64,000 nt of DNA, taken from NCBI RefSeq assembly GCF_026210795.1, contig NC_089431.1, forward strand, positions 2,108,001-2,172,000, written 5' to 3'. This document shows positions 13,536-24,377 of this stretch, in pieces; within the stretch, counting starts at the first letter, position 1, and every line of letters begins with the position of its first letter. The stretch is from Rhizophagus irregularis. Taxonomy: Eukaryota. The notes under the pieces were generated by a model. It saw only the letters and a program-made list of their open reading frames with translations, had not been told where the DNA came from and did no database searches. A program made the translations under genes and the position numbers.

Positions 13536-14596
13536 TGAGATCCCCCAATTCCCTCTGTCATCAATTTACAGAGTTGCCACATCGAACGGGCATTCTCATG
13601 GTCGAACGAACAAATAATCGAACGAACGAACAAATAAACGAACAAGCAAATAATCAACGGCATAATTAACAAACAACATAATAATCAAACAACATACAAC
13701 AACATATAACAACATTCTTGGTTCACGAAATAAATAGCGTTAGTAATATAAAACATCAAGCGATATAAAATAAAATTAACTTCTCTAAATTTTCCCTAAA
13801 TTATATCCACTTTTACCTTTAATTTCAAACTTCGATAGCTCTTGCTACGAATTATTACTTTTCAAAAACGTATATTTAATTCATCTTAAAATTTTCATTT
13901 ATTTAATTAAAATTAATTAAGCAAACATTAATTAAAGTTTAGGGCGAACCTATTACCTTTAATTAATATTAAACTTTACTAACAAATAATTAAATGAAAC
14001 TTATATTTTTATTGAGTTCTGTAGATGAGAACTATGGAATTACTTTGAATTTCACTCTCTATTTATACAAATTTTATGCTTCTTTCTATTCTATCTATAT
14101 ACTATCTTTTATATTCTTTTTACATATTATCTTTGAACTATCTTTCTAATATGCTATCTATATTTTAAATACGCTATCTAATAATATGCTATCTTTTATG
14201 TTCCATCTTTATACTATCTTTTTATATTATCTTTTATATTATTTTATATTCTTTAATCTTTCTGACATTATTTTGTGTATTCTTTTAATTCGCTTTATGT
14301 GTTTTGCTTATAATCTATCTTTTGTGGCTTATAATTATTCTTTCTAATTGTTCTTATTGTTAAAGATTACTAAGCCGCAATTGATCGACTCTAATTATCC
14401 TATTGGTTCTTTGTCAATCATTCAATAAATATTACATTATGTAGATCATTACTTTTCCTAAATGTTTATCCTTTTCGGCTAATTATTTATCCATCTACGC
14501 CAATTCATAATTAATTTGTTCATTCTTAATATTTGGCAATCACATTTGGTGGTTGAATTTTATCGTCTTTTCATGCTTGATATTCGACCGTCTACA
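13536..14596. mobile_element. 1061-bp insertion with TG...CA ends, possible solo LTR
   Basis: Begins TGAGA and ends TCTACA; CTGC is duplicated at 13532-13535 and 14597-14600; removal restores the 92-bp repeat unit. Non-coding. Confidence 0.6.
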
Positions 14597-15672
14597 CTGC
14601 TTAATTCTAATTTAACTAATTTAGTATTAAGGTTTTAATTTAAAAATTAAGCAGTATCAAGGAAAATTCTTGCGAATTTTTCTTAATACTGCTTAATTCT
14701 AATTTGACTAATTTAGTATTAAGGCTTTAATTTAAAAATTAAGCAGTATCAAGGAAAATTCTTGCGAATTTTTCTTAATACTGCTTAATTCTAATTTAAC
14801 TAATTTAGTATTAAGGCTTTAATTTAAAAATTAAGCAGTATCAAGGAAAATTCTTGCGAATTTTTCTTAATACAGTCAACTCTCTTTATAGTCACACATT
14901 TGGGACTGTCCATATTTGGTGATTACAAAGAGATGTGACTATATAAAAAATTTCTTATATTTGTATATCATAATTCTGGCCAAAAATTAACATAATTTTA
15001 GCCAGAATTATACTTAAAACTTTATTGTATCGTAACTTCGCCAATATTAATCGTAGAGAGATGATCTTACCGCCATTCGATTCGTCTTGATGAGACGGTT
15101 CTAATGGTATAAAATACATCGAAATTCAATCACTAGATTAATTTCCAAAATTAAAAAAATATTAATGGTTTTTGTGTAATAACTCTGCCAATATTGATCC
15201 TAGAAAGACGATCTTACTACTATTCGATTCGTCTTGATGAGACGCATCTAATGGTATAAGATACATCGAAATCCAATCACTAGATCAATTTCCAAAATTA
15301 AAAAATATTAAATGGTTTTTAAGTAATAACTCCGTCAATATTGATCACAGAGAGATGAACTTACTACCATTCGATTCGTCTCGATGAGGCGATTCCAACG
15401 AGCTATAAATCGTCCTTTTACAATCACTAGGTACTGAGAAATCTAGCAAAATGTTAAATGGCGCAGTAAACGTAAATCAAGAAATATTATAATGCCAATG
15501 TTTAACATTTTGTTGAATAACTCGTCAGCCAGTGATCGGAAAAGGATAAAATTAACTCTCTCCCGTTCTGCTCACTTGACAATATTTACGAAAAAATAAA
15601 AAATTTTTTCGAAGTTTTTTATTACTTTTTCTTTATATTTTCTTTATTTTAGATAACTGCGACACTTTACAA

Positions 15673-17691
15673 ATGGCTAAAGATAACAAAAAGAAAGATA
15701 ACAAGTCTAACAAAGATACTACTTCTAAACGTCCTGCCTCTAGCTCTCCAACTGGCAACGTTTCTGGTCAAGGTTCCTCTATGTCTGGTCCTTCGAACAC
15801 TCCACCTTCGACCACCTCTACTAATAAACGTACCAGAATCAGTGCCGACGACTCTGTCATGGATGTTGATAAACCTCTCACGCCTCCTGGCCCTGTTGAG
15901 ACAACTTCCGTTGAGACACCTTCTCAACCTGATACCTCCTCTCTTGACGCTTCTCAACACGCACCTGCTAATAACAACGATAAAGGCAAAGGCCCTGATA
16001 TTACTCCCGCAGTTTCCTTCCCAGAACGTGCTGCCTCCCGGACGCGTCCCAAGGCTGCAGTACAATCTCAACCTACACTTTTACGCCTGGCGCTCCTAAT
16101 GACGTCGAAGATTTTTGGACTCACTTCGCTTCGAACCGCGACACGTGCGACGCGGTTGATCGACAACTTTCCTTGTTCCCCTCTTATGGTAGTCGTGCCA
16201 CGTGTAGTGGATCCAACGATTTGAAAAGGATCATCGTTCACTTCCGAAAAAAGGAAGATCTTGTCAAAGCCGTAGCTTCCCCTATGGATTCTTTGTTTAA
16301 CTTGCATTTCCATGCATATGACCCCCAGGCTATTAAAGCAGATGAACACGCGCGTACCCTGGTGGTTACCGACATCCCCCTTTTTATAACTGACGCTCTT
16401 TTGCGTGGTACCTTTTCCCGTTATGGCAATATTGTTCGCTGCCATACCCGTTTATCTAAACTTTATCGTACTGCATACATTACCTTTGAATCTACTGGTG
16501 CTTTACAGAACCTCGACTCTACCTGGGGCGTCCTTTGTGGAGGACATTGTTTGCGTATCTGCCCCGCTACTTTCTCACCTGAACAACGCGCTGAAAGACG
16601 CGCTTACGTTGCCTTACTTGCCGGTCTCCCGCGTGGTACTATAGCGGTCGATCTTGCTGAAATTGCCGATGAAATTTCCGCTAAATCTATCAATGTTCCC
16701 TTCTCTACGCGAATTCTTACAATCCCAAACCTTACGCCTATTGCCATTTTGCCTCTGAAACGGCTATGGAAAATGCTAAATCTATTTCATGTGCCCTCAA
16801 GAAAGTTGGCCTTACCTGGCATTCTCTGGATGAAGTCACCTCTCTTTGTCATCGGTGTGGTCGCCCTAATTGTAACCCTGATCGATGTGGTTCTTCATCT
16901 AGACCTAATACCCTCTCGCCATTGGCGAATCTAATGATAAATTACGTGCTTTATATAACAAGCATCTACCTCCTTCTCATCCCGCTAAACGACATAACCG
17001 TTTTGCCCGCCCCTGATAACAATAATGATGGACGCGCCCGTACAATGCTTCTCGCCATCGTTCTAAATCCAGACCTAATAACCGACAACAATCTCGTTCT
17101 CGTTCTCAACATCGACCATGGAATCGTGACAATCTTAACAACAACAATAATAATCAACGTCGTCGTATTCCTGATGCAAATGAACTTGATCACTATGCTG
17201 ATGGCATGGATGTTACATATCCTGCTCCTCCTACTGTGCTTACTGATTGGAAATCTATTGGTGTTGCTCTTGAAAAAGTAGTTGAAGATTTAGCCCTCCT
17301 TACCACACAATTTGCTACCATGAACAGCCGCATCACCAAATTGGAATCTGCTATGGCTGCTCGTGCTCCTGTTCCAGGACCTTTTGTCGCAAAACCACCT
17401 TCCTACATCCCTTCCTCTATGCAAGGATGGGATGATACAGTGAATCGAAATGATAATAATATCCTCGTTGATGTTAATTCTCCTCCTTTGCAATCAACAA
17501 GTGGTTTTTCCCCAATTCCCCATTTTGCTCCCATTCCACCTTCTAACGTTGCCCCTTCCTCTCCTATTGATATGGAACAGCGACTCTCCTCTCTTTCTGA
17601 CACTGTTGCCTCTTTGGCTGGCTCGATTAAAGAAGGAATCCAACAAAATAACCTCATCCTAGCTCGGAAACAAGGCCAGGCTAATCAATAA
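15673..17691 (+). pseudogene. LINE ORF1 (RRM-like domains, CX2CX4CX4C knuckle, coiled coil), frameshifted
   Basis: Overlapping fragments 15673-16224, 16173-16934 (RTLVVTDIPLFI...FSRYGNI), 16766-17281 (CHRCGRPNCNPDRC) and 17206-17691. Homologous to ORF1 at 43721-45373. Confidence 0.85.
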
Positions 17692-17739
17692 TTGTTGTCC
17701 TTTTTCCCCTTCTTTATTACCGTTTATCAGTGTGTAATA

Positions 17740-20700
17740 ATGATGGACAACAAAAAACATAATTTTTCTCCTCATCCCTCTCCCCTTATTAAATTTGGTC
17801 AATTGAATGTTAATGGTTTATGTTCTCCAGTTCGACAACAACATTTACTTAATTTTTTTCTTCACTCTTCCTTTGGTGCTTTATCTGTTAATGATACGCG
17901 TCTTTTCCCTTCAAATGCTAAATTTATTTTCAAAAACGAACACTCCCAACATCACTTTAAGTCCTATTGGGCTTGTTCATCTTCTTCTCGCCTTCATGAT
18001 GGTGTTGGTATTTTGTTACGTAATCCTCTTCATAAGCATGTCCAAACAATTGATCCGTGGAAAGGTCGACTTCTTAAATTAAATTTGTTTTTTCATCAAA
18101 CCAAAATCTCTATTATTTCTATATATTACCCTCCTTCTGGTTCTATTCATCGTTCTATTTATAATGATCTTATTACTAAACTCCTTTCCTGGCTTGATTA
18201 TGCCAGAAATAACAATTATTTTGTAATTATTCTTGGCGACTTTAATATTGATGAAATCGCTCATTCCCATTATTCATCTAATCATTTTAAGCTCCTTCGC
18301 TTGCTTTCTTCTCGGTTTTTTACCGATCATCAAGCTTACTCCTCTACAAATGGTCCTGATCTCACCTTCTTTCATGATAATGGATCTTCTAGACTGGATT
18401 ATATTTGGTCTTCACCTGGTTTTCCTGCACCTGGTCTTTTTTCGCAAGTGGTTACTTGCCCGGATCTCCTTGATCGTCCTTTTACAGATCACAAAGTTCT
18501 TACAACTATCTTTGACTTCAGTTCTTGCTTGGCTGTTTTGGCTAAATCTCGTCTCAAACAGAAAAAAGAAATGCGTACTATTTTTTCTTACGTTTCCACT
18601 TCAGTTGAACAATGGAATAATTTTACCACTGAAGTAGATGATTCTTTTGGAGTTTATTTAGATAGACAATATCACCCTAATTCTGATTTCTCCTTTCTTT
18701 CTCTTGATCGTATGTGGCATGCATTGAAAGCTGCCATAATTAGTGCTGCAATTGAAACTCTACCCTTTCAAAAAGTCTCCAATACACACTGACATTCATA
18801 CTCTCCTGAATTGACTAAACTTATTGCTATTAACAAATTTTTAGATCGATTTTTACATCGCCTTACTACTCGTCATTCTAATCGGCCTACTCAGATTGCG
18901 CAAATGACTGCTGCTTTGCCCTCCCATCTTGGAAATTTAGCATCCTTACTTCCTGATTATTCAGTTCCTACCTATTCTACATTCCCTGTATCTGTATTTA
19001 AATCATTTTTACGATCACAGAAGAATTTAGTTTCTGCTTTTTTATCTACTAAATTTGCCCAACACCTTACGGATTCAGTGGAATATTATACTGCACTACG
19101 TGACGAACACTTTTCGAACTCGCTTGGCACCTTTATAGATTCTGCCTTATCAGTAGAAAAACGCTCAATTGTTCTTGATCGTGTCCTGGTTGTACTGGAC
19201 TCAACTCCTACTTTACTAACGGATCCTTCGGACATTAAACAAGCAGCTATTTCTCATTTTCAATCGATTGTTTCTCCTCCGTTGGTCCGCTATTCTTCCA
19301 TCACTTCATTTCCCGCCCGATGGCAACAAGCTTACACTCCTCTTACAAATGTGTCTGCTTCATTATATGATCCTGTTTTGGCGCCTATTTCCCTACAAGA
19401 ATGGTCTGCTGTGATTTCCTCCATGCCAAATAACAAAGCTTCCGGCCCTTCAAAAATTTCTTATGAGATGATTAAACACTTGTCCGGTGAAGCCTTGGAA
19501 TTTTCTCTTTTACTTGCCAATACTTGCCTTTCTCGTGGTGATATTTCTGCTGACTGGCGTGAAGCCGTGGTTTATCCTATTTCTAAACCTCATGACTTTG
19601 ATGCTCAACTTAAGAACACTCGACCTATTACCCTTCTGGAAACAGTTCGAAAATGTGTAGTTAAGGTCGTCACGAATCGTCTTTCCAACATCCTTGCTGA
19701 TAATAAAATTCTCCAAGGTGGTAATTTTGCTGGTTTACCTGGTAGTTCTACGGATGTCCCTATTAAGATGCTGGATGCGATTATTCATCAACATAAACAT
19801 GACTCTACTGATGATCAGGAACTATGGATCGTTTCTCAAGATATCTCTAAAGCTTTCGATTCTATGGACTTAAATATGCTTAAATTAGCTTTAGATAGAT
19901 TACATATTCCTGCACTTTTAGTGCGATTTATTTTGAATCTTTTTACCCGACGAAATAATAAGATTATTACCTGTCATGGCGATACAGCTGCTTATAGAGT
20001 ACGTGTTGGTATCGATCAAGGAGAAATCATTTCCCCTCTTCTTTGGGTTATTTATCTGGATCCCTTACTTACTATTTTGAATCAAGATGAGATCCTTTTA
20101 TTTTAAATTCTTCAGCTCTTCTAAATTATTCTCCACTAGAATTTGAACAACATTCCTTACCAATTTCACATTTAACGTTTATGGATGATTCTACACTTAT
20201 TGCCTCTTCCAAGTCCGGAATAGAAGATCGTCTTTCTATTACTGCTGAATTTTATACTTTAAATAATGTTCAAGCCAATTCAGCAAAATATGTTCTTCTT
20301 TCATCTTCTTCGCCTTCTTCAAAGATTATTTTTGATCTTTTACTTTCTTCTTTAGTTTCCGATACTTCTCTCTCCCTTTCTTCTTTATCTCTTAATACTT
20401 TTTTCCGTTTCTTAGGAGTTTGGTTTTCCTTGTCTGCCTCTTCCGCTTTTGTTTTGAAACAAGCGCGCTCCATGGTCAAAGATATGGCTGCTCTTCTGGG
20501 CCCGAAGAAATTATTAGCTCAACATGTGGCCTATCTTTATAATGCTGTCCTTCTTCCGCGATTGGAATTCCGTCTTCAAACTACCCTTTTCTCTGAAAGT
20601 ACTATTCAATCAATAGTTAAACCTATGTTTTCAGTACTTCGAAGAAAAGCTGGACTTGCTGCGACTACTCCGTTGGCTTTGTTATTTCTTAAACTTCCTT

Positions 20701-23121
20701 TTTCGATTCAGAATGCTTTTTATCGATTCCTTTCTTCCCATATCGCATCTTGGCAAAAAATTTTCATTCACCCTGACTTCAAAGATTTTGCCCTCTATGC
20801 TATCTCCTATCTTCAAGGATATTTGGGTGCTGAGAGTTGCCTGACTACTATTGACTTAGAACCGTGGTCACAAGTCGTTTCTTTACGGACGCATACTTTG
20901 TTTAATTCATTATTATTTTCTTCGCGATTGAATATCACGTGGTCCCTCTCTTTCCGACCTCCGAGGCAGGACTTGCAACCAGCTTCGCCACTCCGAACCG
21001 TCTTACCGCATTCGATTTTTCAGACTGCTTGGAAACTTTGGAAAAATTTGAATCTTTTTGTCCTTGCTCAATTGGTTTCCCCTTGTGGACGATATCTTAT
21101 GAATTGGCTTGACCTTCGTTACCTTGGTATCGTTGGCCGTAAAGGACGGATTCCCACTTGGTTCAATTTTATTAAAAATAATTTTCTTTTTTCTCCTTCT
21201 TCTTCTTTATTGTTGCCTTTATATTTTATTAATTCTTCTTTTACTTTATCTTCCCCTTGTTTATTAGATCATACTGTTAAAGATTATTCCTTTTATCCTC
21301 AATGGGCTATTAATTTTAATGTCGCTACCCAAACTTTATCTGTGGGCCGTGTATGTATCACCTACAAGAAACAAGATTCTGCTATCATGTCCCATTGGCT
21401 TCCTGTATCTTCTTCCGCTGATGAACGATCTTATAATCCTTGTCCTGGATGTTCCTTTAATATCCCCGCCTTATCCAAGAAATCCGCAATTAAGCAACGC
21501 TGTAATAGCGAGAAGTGTTTTTTTAATGTAATCTTATCAGAAACCGTAGGCTATCCTACCAGAAATGCCAAAGTCTTTGCGGCCTACCTTCCGATTATTT
21601 TATCTACTTCGTGGAGTTATGCTACTTCTCTGGCTCTTGTTCATTTGTCAAAACCGTCTTTATCTACTTCTTCCACTCTCTCTTCTTCCTTAAAGGATAT
21701 GCCTGACGATGTTGTTTTACCACTTTCCGTGCAATCTCTGTATACTGATGGTTCTTTTCATGTTGCTACGGACTCTTCACCTGCTTCCATGACCTCTGCT
21801 TGGCTTGCCCTTGATGATGATGGACTTATTCTTGAATCTTCATCTTTGCAACTTTTTTCATGTCTTCCTTCAGCTTTGCGTTCTGAAATCTATGCTGTTG
21901 TATTAGGACTAAACGCTCTTTCTCGTGGCACTTCAATCTCCATTCATACTGATTGTAGTCAGCTTATCTCACTATGGAAACGCTTTGTTGATGTTCCTTT
22001 TTCACCAAAGTTGCTTCGAGAACATAATCATCTCCTTTGGCTTTCTATTCGATATCTCATTATGGATCGTGACCTTAAGGTTGATTTGATTAAAGTCCCT
22101 GCTCATGGCGATGACATCTATAATATGCAAGCGGATTCATTGGCAAAAGACGCTCATTCGCCTTCCCCACCTAATATTTCACCTTGGCATTTTGTTATGC
22201 TCCGTGCTTGTTATCATTTAATTCTTTGCCTATTGACATGAATATTCGTCATTTCCTCCGCTCTATAGCTGACGCTCGTGCTCTTTTATCTTTCTGTTCA
22301 TTGGCACGGTTTACTGCTCTTGGTTCCCTTCACTTTTTGATTGGGCTGGTATATATTTTTGCCTTTCACAAATTAAAGGTTTTGCTTCGCATAAGAATGG
22401 TCGTCCTGAATTCTGGATCTTCTGTATCAAACTCCTTTTGGATATGTTGCCTACTTTAACTACTCTTCAACAACGCAAACCTTATTTATATTCTCCCGAT
22501 TGGCTTTGTCCACAATGCAACTCAGCTCCTGAAGATTTGAATCATCTTTGAACTTGTCCTTATATTCTTCCAGATTTAAATCCGTGTTTGACACATCGTT
22601 CTGAAATTATCAAATTCAGAGATTCCTGCTTATCTTCGTTCTCATCTCTGAAACCTCTGGATATTACCTTCCAAACTGGATTCTCTGCTCTAGATTGTTG
22701 GAACTATGATACTCCTTCTTTGTCCTGTCTCTGGCTTACTCGAGGATTGTTGCCTGCGCATTTAACAGGTTTTTTAAACCAACACTTTCCTCTCTCTGTC
22801 ATATACAAGATTATTTCTCCTCTCCTTAATGACTTCCAAGTCGAATTGTATGGTGAAATTTGGCTGTGTCGGAATGTTCTTTTCCATGCTTGGGAAGAGT
22901 CGCAGGGTATCTCGGCTGCTTCTAAATTACGTGGCCCATCTATAAATTCTTCTCCTATTGTTCCTTCTCCACATACAAATAACTCTTCTTTGGCGACAGT
23001 TTCTCAGGATTCCTGGATTTCTTGGATATCCTCTTCTATAATTCAGGGTGGATCATGGATCTCACACTTGGATTTTCTGCGCCGCTTAACAGTTCAACCT
23101 CTTAGGATTTCTTTCTGGTAA
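17740..23121 (+). pseudogene. LINE ORF2 (APE endonuclease, RT, RNase H, Zn motif), disrupted
   Basis: NVNG, GDFN, RLDYIW, TDH; QDISKAFD, GIDQGEIISP, FMDD; YTDGS, RSE, HTD, KVPAH; CPQC. Stops at 18790-18792 and ~22549; frameshifts near 20090, 22180 and 22330. Confidence 0.92.
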
Positions 23122-23391
23122 CGGACTGGATTTTTGGATGTTGGATAGTTGACTCACACTGGCCTTCGGGTAAAGTTGGGGTATGCGATTCTGTAATAGT
23201 CTAGTTTTTCTTTGCTTTAATTTTATTTTAGTTTAGATTTCTTTACTTGTATGAATCGTGAAGCTACTCTTTTATTTTTATTAGTTTATTTTCTTATTTT
23301 TGTAATTTGTTCGTTTGAATTTTCGATGTTAAAATATAAATAAAAATAAAGTCATAAGACTGTTTGCAAAAGGAAAAGGATAAAATTACCA

Positions 23392-24377
23392 GGGTTGGTC
23401 ACCCTATCTCGGTGGTTAGTCACTGAGACCCTCATTAAGCCTGAGTATGGTGAGATCGCAGGTTCGATTCCTATAACCACGGAAATAAAAAGAATTTTAC
23501 TGCGGACGCTACAACCAATAGCGTGAAGGTACAGGGATTAGTGTAGTTGGACTGCATTATGGTGAATTAGTGTGTACGGTTAGGCTGCACATTTCAACTA
23601 AGGGCGGTCATGGTGTCCTTCTAACGTTCCCTATGAGGCCATTGGCATGTGCGCAGTCCTGTCCTTGAGGTCACTACTATACCTTGGGAGGGACTTCCTG
23701 TCCGGGTGGTCACTCTACGATACCGCTTGGGGCCGTAATAGCTAGATGGTCGTCCTAGATGGTAAAGCTGAGGGTGCAATGTCTTAGTGGTAGTTAGACC
23801 TTCTGTTAGGTCTTAGACCAACCAAGGTGTTCGTGCGAGAACAGGTAACGCATGGCTATGGGGTTCGGATTCCCTACTTCTTGGGTCCTGGTTGGTGATC
23901 CCTGGTGGTTGATACCCACCATAAGGGGTGATCCTGGACAGATGCCTGCTACTTCCTGTCCGAGTGGTCACTACAAAAGTATACCACTTGGGGTAAACAA
24001 CTGTACTATCGGTGCTAGGTAATCGCGGGCTGTAGTGGCCTTTGAGTGAGGCTTAGTACCAAATAAAATGGTGGTATGGAAGGGTACTAGATGGTTGATG
24101 TTACCTGTCGAAAGTCCTCCATGAAAGTAGATGCTCTCTAAAGGTCGTTAAATAAATTGAGTATCAGTATCATGCAATGGGTATAGGATGAGTAGGCGGC
24201 GTGTACTGCTTCGATCAGCCTAAATGGCCCGATGGGGGATGTCTTCTATAGTGGTGCTGTTACCTGAGGAATTAAGTACTCGGTTTAATGGTTGCCCATT
24301 GAAGATGATAGGACACAGACCCTGAACGATTAGTCTCATAAGAGGCAATGGGTGGTCTGGCCGTAAACACTTGCAAA
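23392..24377 (+). mobile_element. 986-bp non-coding SINE-like retroposon, highly structured
   Basis: GC-richer than its surroundings and ORF-free; 20-bp TSD GGAAAAGGATAAAATTACCA at 23372-23391 and 24378-24397; Pol III B-box-like GGTTCGATTCC at 23461-23471; many hairpins; ends TTGCAAA like the adjacent LINE. Confidence 0.75.

Larger units (their letters stand above)
15555..23371 (+). mobile_element. Full-length LINE, family 1 copy 1 (7.8 kb), inactivated
   Basis: 17-bp TSD GGAAAAGGATAAAATTA at 15538-15554 and 23372-23388; 5' end ACTCTCTCCC; ORF1 and ORF2; 3' end GTCATAAGACTGTTTGCAAAA. Confidence 0.93.

Noticed and set aside
23392..23485. tRNA gene
   Set aside because: A B-box is present, but I could not build a canonical cloverleaf or anticodon arm; treated as a SINE head.
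23690..24330. Hammerhead or HDV-like ribozyme in the SINE-like element
   Set aside because: No complete CTGANGA...GAAA core or nested HDV double pseudoknot could be assembled by eye. This needs a descriptor search.
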